DNA of 59,581 bases, counting the filler, from Dirinaria sp. TL-2023a (Eukaryota): the NCBI GenBank assembly GCA_051941275.1. It is 2 parts of 2 records of this genome, joined end to end, with 100 filler letters (N's around TTAATTAATTAA, not from the genome) between each part and the next. Parts side by side here need not be neighbours in the genome. Positions count along the whole stretch, not along the records: positions 29,921 to 59,581 come from JAVEBF010000112.1; 1 more part is not named here. One strand, 5' to 3'. The notes beneath the pieces are model-generated. The model was not told where the DNA came from. It saw only the letters and a program-made list of their open reading frames with translations, and searched no databases. The translations under genes were made by a program, and so were the position numbers. Shown here in pieces: positions 57,351 to 59,581 of this stretch. Within the stretch, counting starts at the first letter, position 1; each line of letters opens with the position of its first letter.

Positions 57351-57969
57351 AGGATCTCTAAGGTTAATGTGCATGAGTAGGTAGGACTTGTGGTGGATAA
57401 GGGATTCTATGGATGGAAGAGTGGACGATTGTTGGTATGGTATGGATGCTGAGTATTTTGCAAATGGTGAATAGGTGGATGTACATTTCTTTTCTTCAAG
57501 CTCACCTTGTCTAAATAAGCGAAGAGCTGGAGACATCATTGACAATAAACAGCTCTGCAATGGAGAAGCAGAGCTGATGTGTACTTGTACGATACCCTCT
57601 CTGTTCGTCATTAGCCTTCAGTAGCTTAGAATCCTTCTCCCATAGATCTCCTTTACTTCTTGTTCCAACACCCGTGACATGTACGAGAGACCAAACAAAG
57701 GTCCTCATTGAACTTCGCGGATCTTTCTTCGCCACGTCATAACTCTAGCATTTCATCATCACATGTATCTCAGCTGTGTTTCAGTTGGTGAACACTATCA
57801 GCTGTGTGAATCAAAGATCCTCCGACTCACATCCGCTCGATTTCGTCATCATTCTCATATGATACATCGCTATTTGCTGTCTCTGTGAGACAGTATCACC
57901 TACTCATTACATGCGCAGCGGAAATCGTTGAAAGGTAGCTACTTTATCTTACAGCGCTGCAAGCTAAGT

Positions 57970-59581
57970 ATGGAAGCCCTCCGCAACTCGATCTTGGGAG
58001 GCAGGAAGAGCGATGAGAATAGCAAGAGCAGCGTGTTGAAGGTAAGTTCCAAACCTCATCCCCCCGGCTCCGTCTCCGTTTCGATGCAATTCAAGTGGGA
58101 TATCTACCTTACTGTGGAATGAATCCAAAGCCCAGCTTCGGTCTCCTTGCGCTGGCATACTTGACAATCAAGTCACACTGACTGCCTCTATTCAACTACT
58201 TTCTGAAACGAGTTCGCTACTTGCTCATAGCTGATATATATGCCTAGAAGGATGCACCCTCCATGCCTTCTTCCTCCTCAGCGCCCAATCCTGGCAAATC
58301 CAGAAGCCCGAGCAATGTCTCGTTGCCCTCCATCTTTCACAGTAACAGCGGCAATGGCTCCAATAGTAACAACAATACCAACAAGAGCGACAAGCACCAG
58401 CAGCAGCAGCAGCAGCATCCTAATATCACAGAAGCAGAAACAACAGCGGGTGCGAAGACGGTACAGAAAGCCAACTCCATCGGCTCGACTAGATCGACGG
58501 CGACAAAATCGATCCTCAAAAGCCCCTCTAATGCTTCGGACCGGAGCGTGAAGAGTGCGGCCTCTTCGTCTGGGAAGAGTGTTGCGATTGTAGCAGGCGC
58601 TGGTGGGAATGATGGTACGTATTTCTCCTTTCCCCTTTTCCATCCCAGGGGAAACGTCGTGGAACGGTTCTCTTTACTTCTTCACCCCAATCATTCTATT
58701 TCATTCTCTCTGAAACTGCGAAACACTAAGATCTCATCTATCTCTTACTCGAAAAGAAGATGAAGAAATTGCCACTAATTTGGAATTTAATGCGTATTAG
58801 ATCCCTTACCCACCGACATCGTGGGCCTAGAAGGGCGACTAAACCACCACACGTCACAGCTCCAGCATCTAGCAGACCGCGTTGAGCGCATCAACGAATG
58901 GATCGACATGGACTCGATCGTGCTGCAGCGATTAATCCGCGACAGCGAAGTCGTGGCGGAGGCGCAAGCCGATTTACAAGAAGTGACTCAGGGGCTGCAG
59001 AACACCACCATCTCGAACGCCGGCACCAGCAATAATAACAACGGCACAAAAACCAACACCACCACCAACAACAGCACCCACATCGGAATCCCGCATCTCT
59101 CAATCCCCTTCACCACCATCGGAGGAAGCAGCAAAACCGCCCCCACAGACCCAGGCAAAAAACCAACCCCAACCCAACCCGCGCCAACGACGCAAGCGAT
59201 CCTCGAAGCCCGCGACCGCATCTCCACCATGCGCCGCTGGAAAAAAGACCTCGAACGCACCGTCATCTGGCAGCGCGAGGAATACCGCCGCGTCGAACGC
59301 GCCATGGGCCGCACGGGCGGCAAAAGCAAGCGGTTCCGCATCACGAACGCGGATATGGGCCTCGACGAGGCCGAGGTTGAGGAAGGGGGCAGTAGCAAGA
59401 GCGCAGAGAGTATCACGCCGCCGGCGGATGAGGTGGCTGAGACGACCACGGTTACGACTGTCGTCGGCGCTTATGCGCGGGGCCGATGGGGCAAGGGGGG
59501 CACGGTGACGCGGTTACCGAGCCAGGGACAGTGGGAGGAGATGTTTGGGAATGGTGGTGGGGGTGCCCATGGTGGGAGATG
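57970..59581 (+). CDS. Hypothetical protein with coiled-coil-like segments, 3' incomplete; exons 57970-58041, 58248-58614, 58801->59581
   Basis: GTAAGT..CTGAT..TAG and GTACGT..CTAAT..TAG introns keep one frame open to the window end. Exon 3 reads ...LQHLADRVERINEWIDMDSIVLQRLIRD...RISTMRRWKKDLERTVIWQREEYRRVE. Confidence 0.75.

Noticed and set aside
1..59581. tRNA/rRNA genes, transposons, secondary-metabolite cluster
   Set aside because: No cloverleaf, rRNA, transposase/RT, LTR/TIR or PKS/NRPS signatures were recognised by eye; a covariance-model scan could still find small RNAs.

Overview
Gene-dense DNA from a filamentous ascomycete (Pezizomycotina-type GT..CTRAC..AG introns). The window is two contigs joined by an artificial 100-nt N spacer containing a six-frame stop linker (29821-29920). 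The left contig carries a DUF3602-type gene end, ALG12, the CreB/USP12-46 deubiquitinase, an LSD1-like SWIRM/amine oxidase/HMG demethylase, capping protein beta, Mph1/FANCM, MtnB/MDE1, calnexin, methylmalonate-semialdehyde dehydrogenase, a hypothetical gene and a truncated sucrose transporter. The right contig carries an NLR-like gene, Rds1, Pus3/Deg1, a GNAT, an atypical Rho-like GTPase, Yen1/GEN1, Arp11/RO7, DGK1, mitochondrial uS15m and two hypothetical genes. The most striking item is the 4-exon NLR-like gene at 31309-34459. It encodes HeLo-like - NACHT - about 3 ankyrin repeats, followed by what looks like a degenerate nucleotide-binding (N) domain from a P1B copper ATPase, a candidate fungal 'integrated decoy'. 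Other oddities are AT-hook-like motifs on MDE1, a repeat-spacer array at 57.1-57.35 kb, recurring intergenic palindromes and a probable premature stop in MPH1. All assignments come from manual motif recognition and hand-spliced models; no database searches were run.
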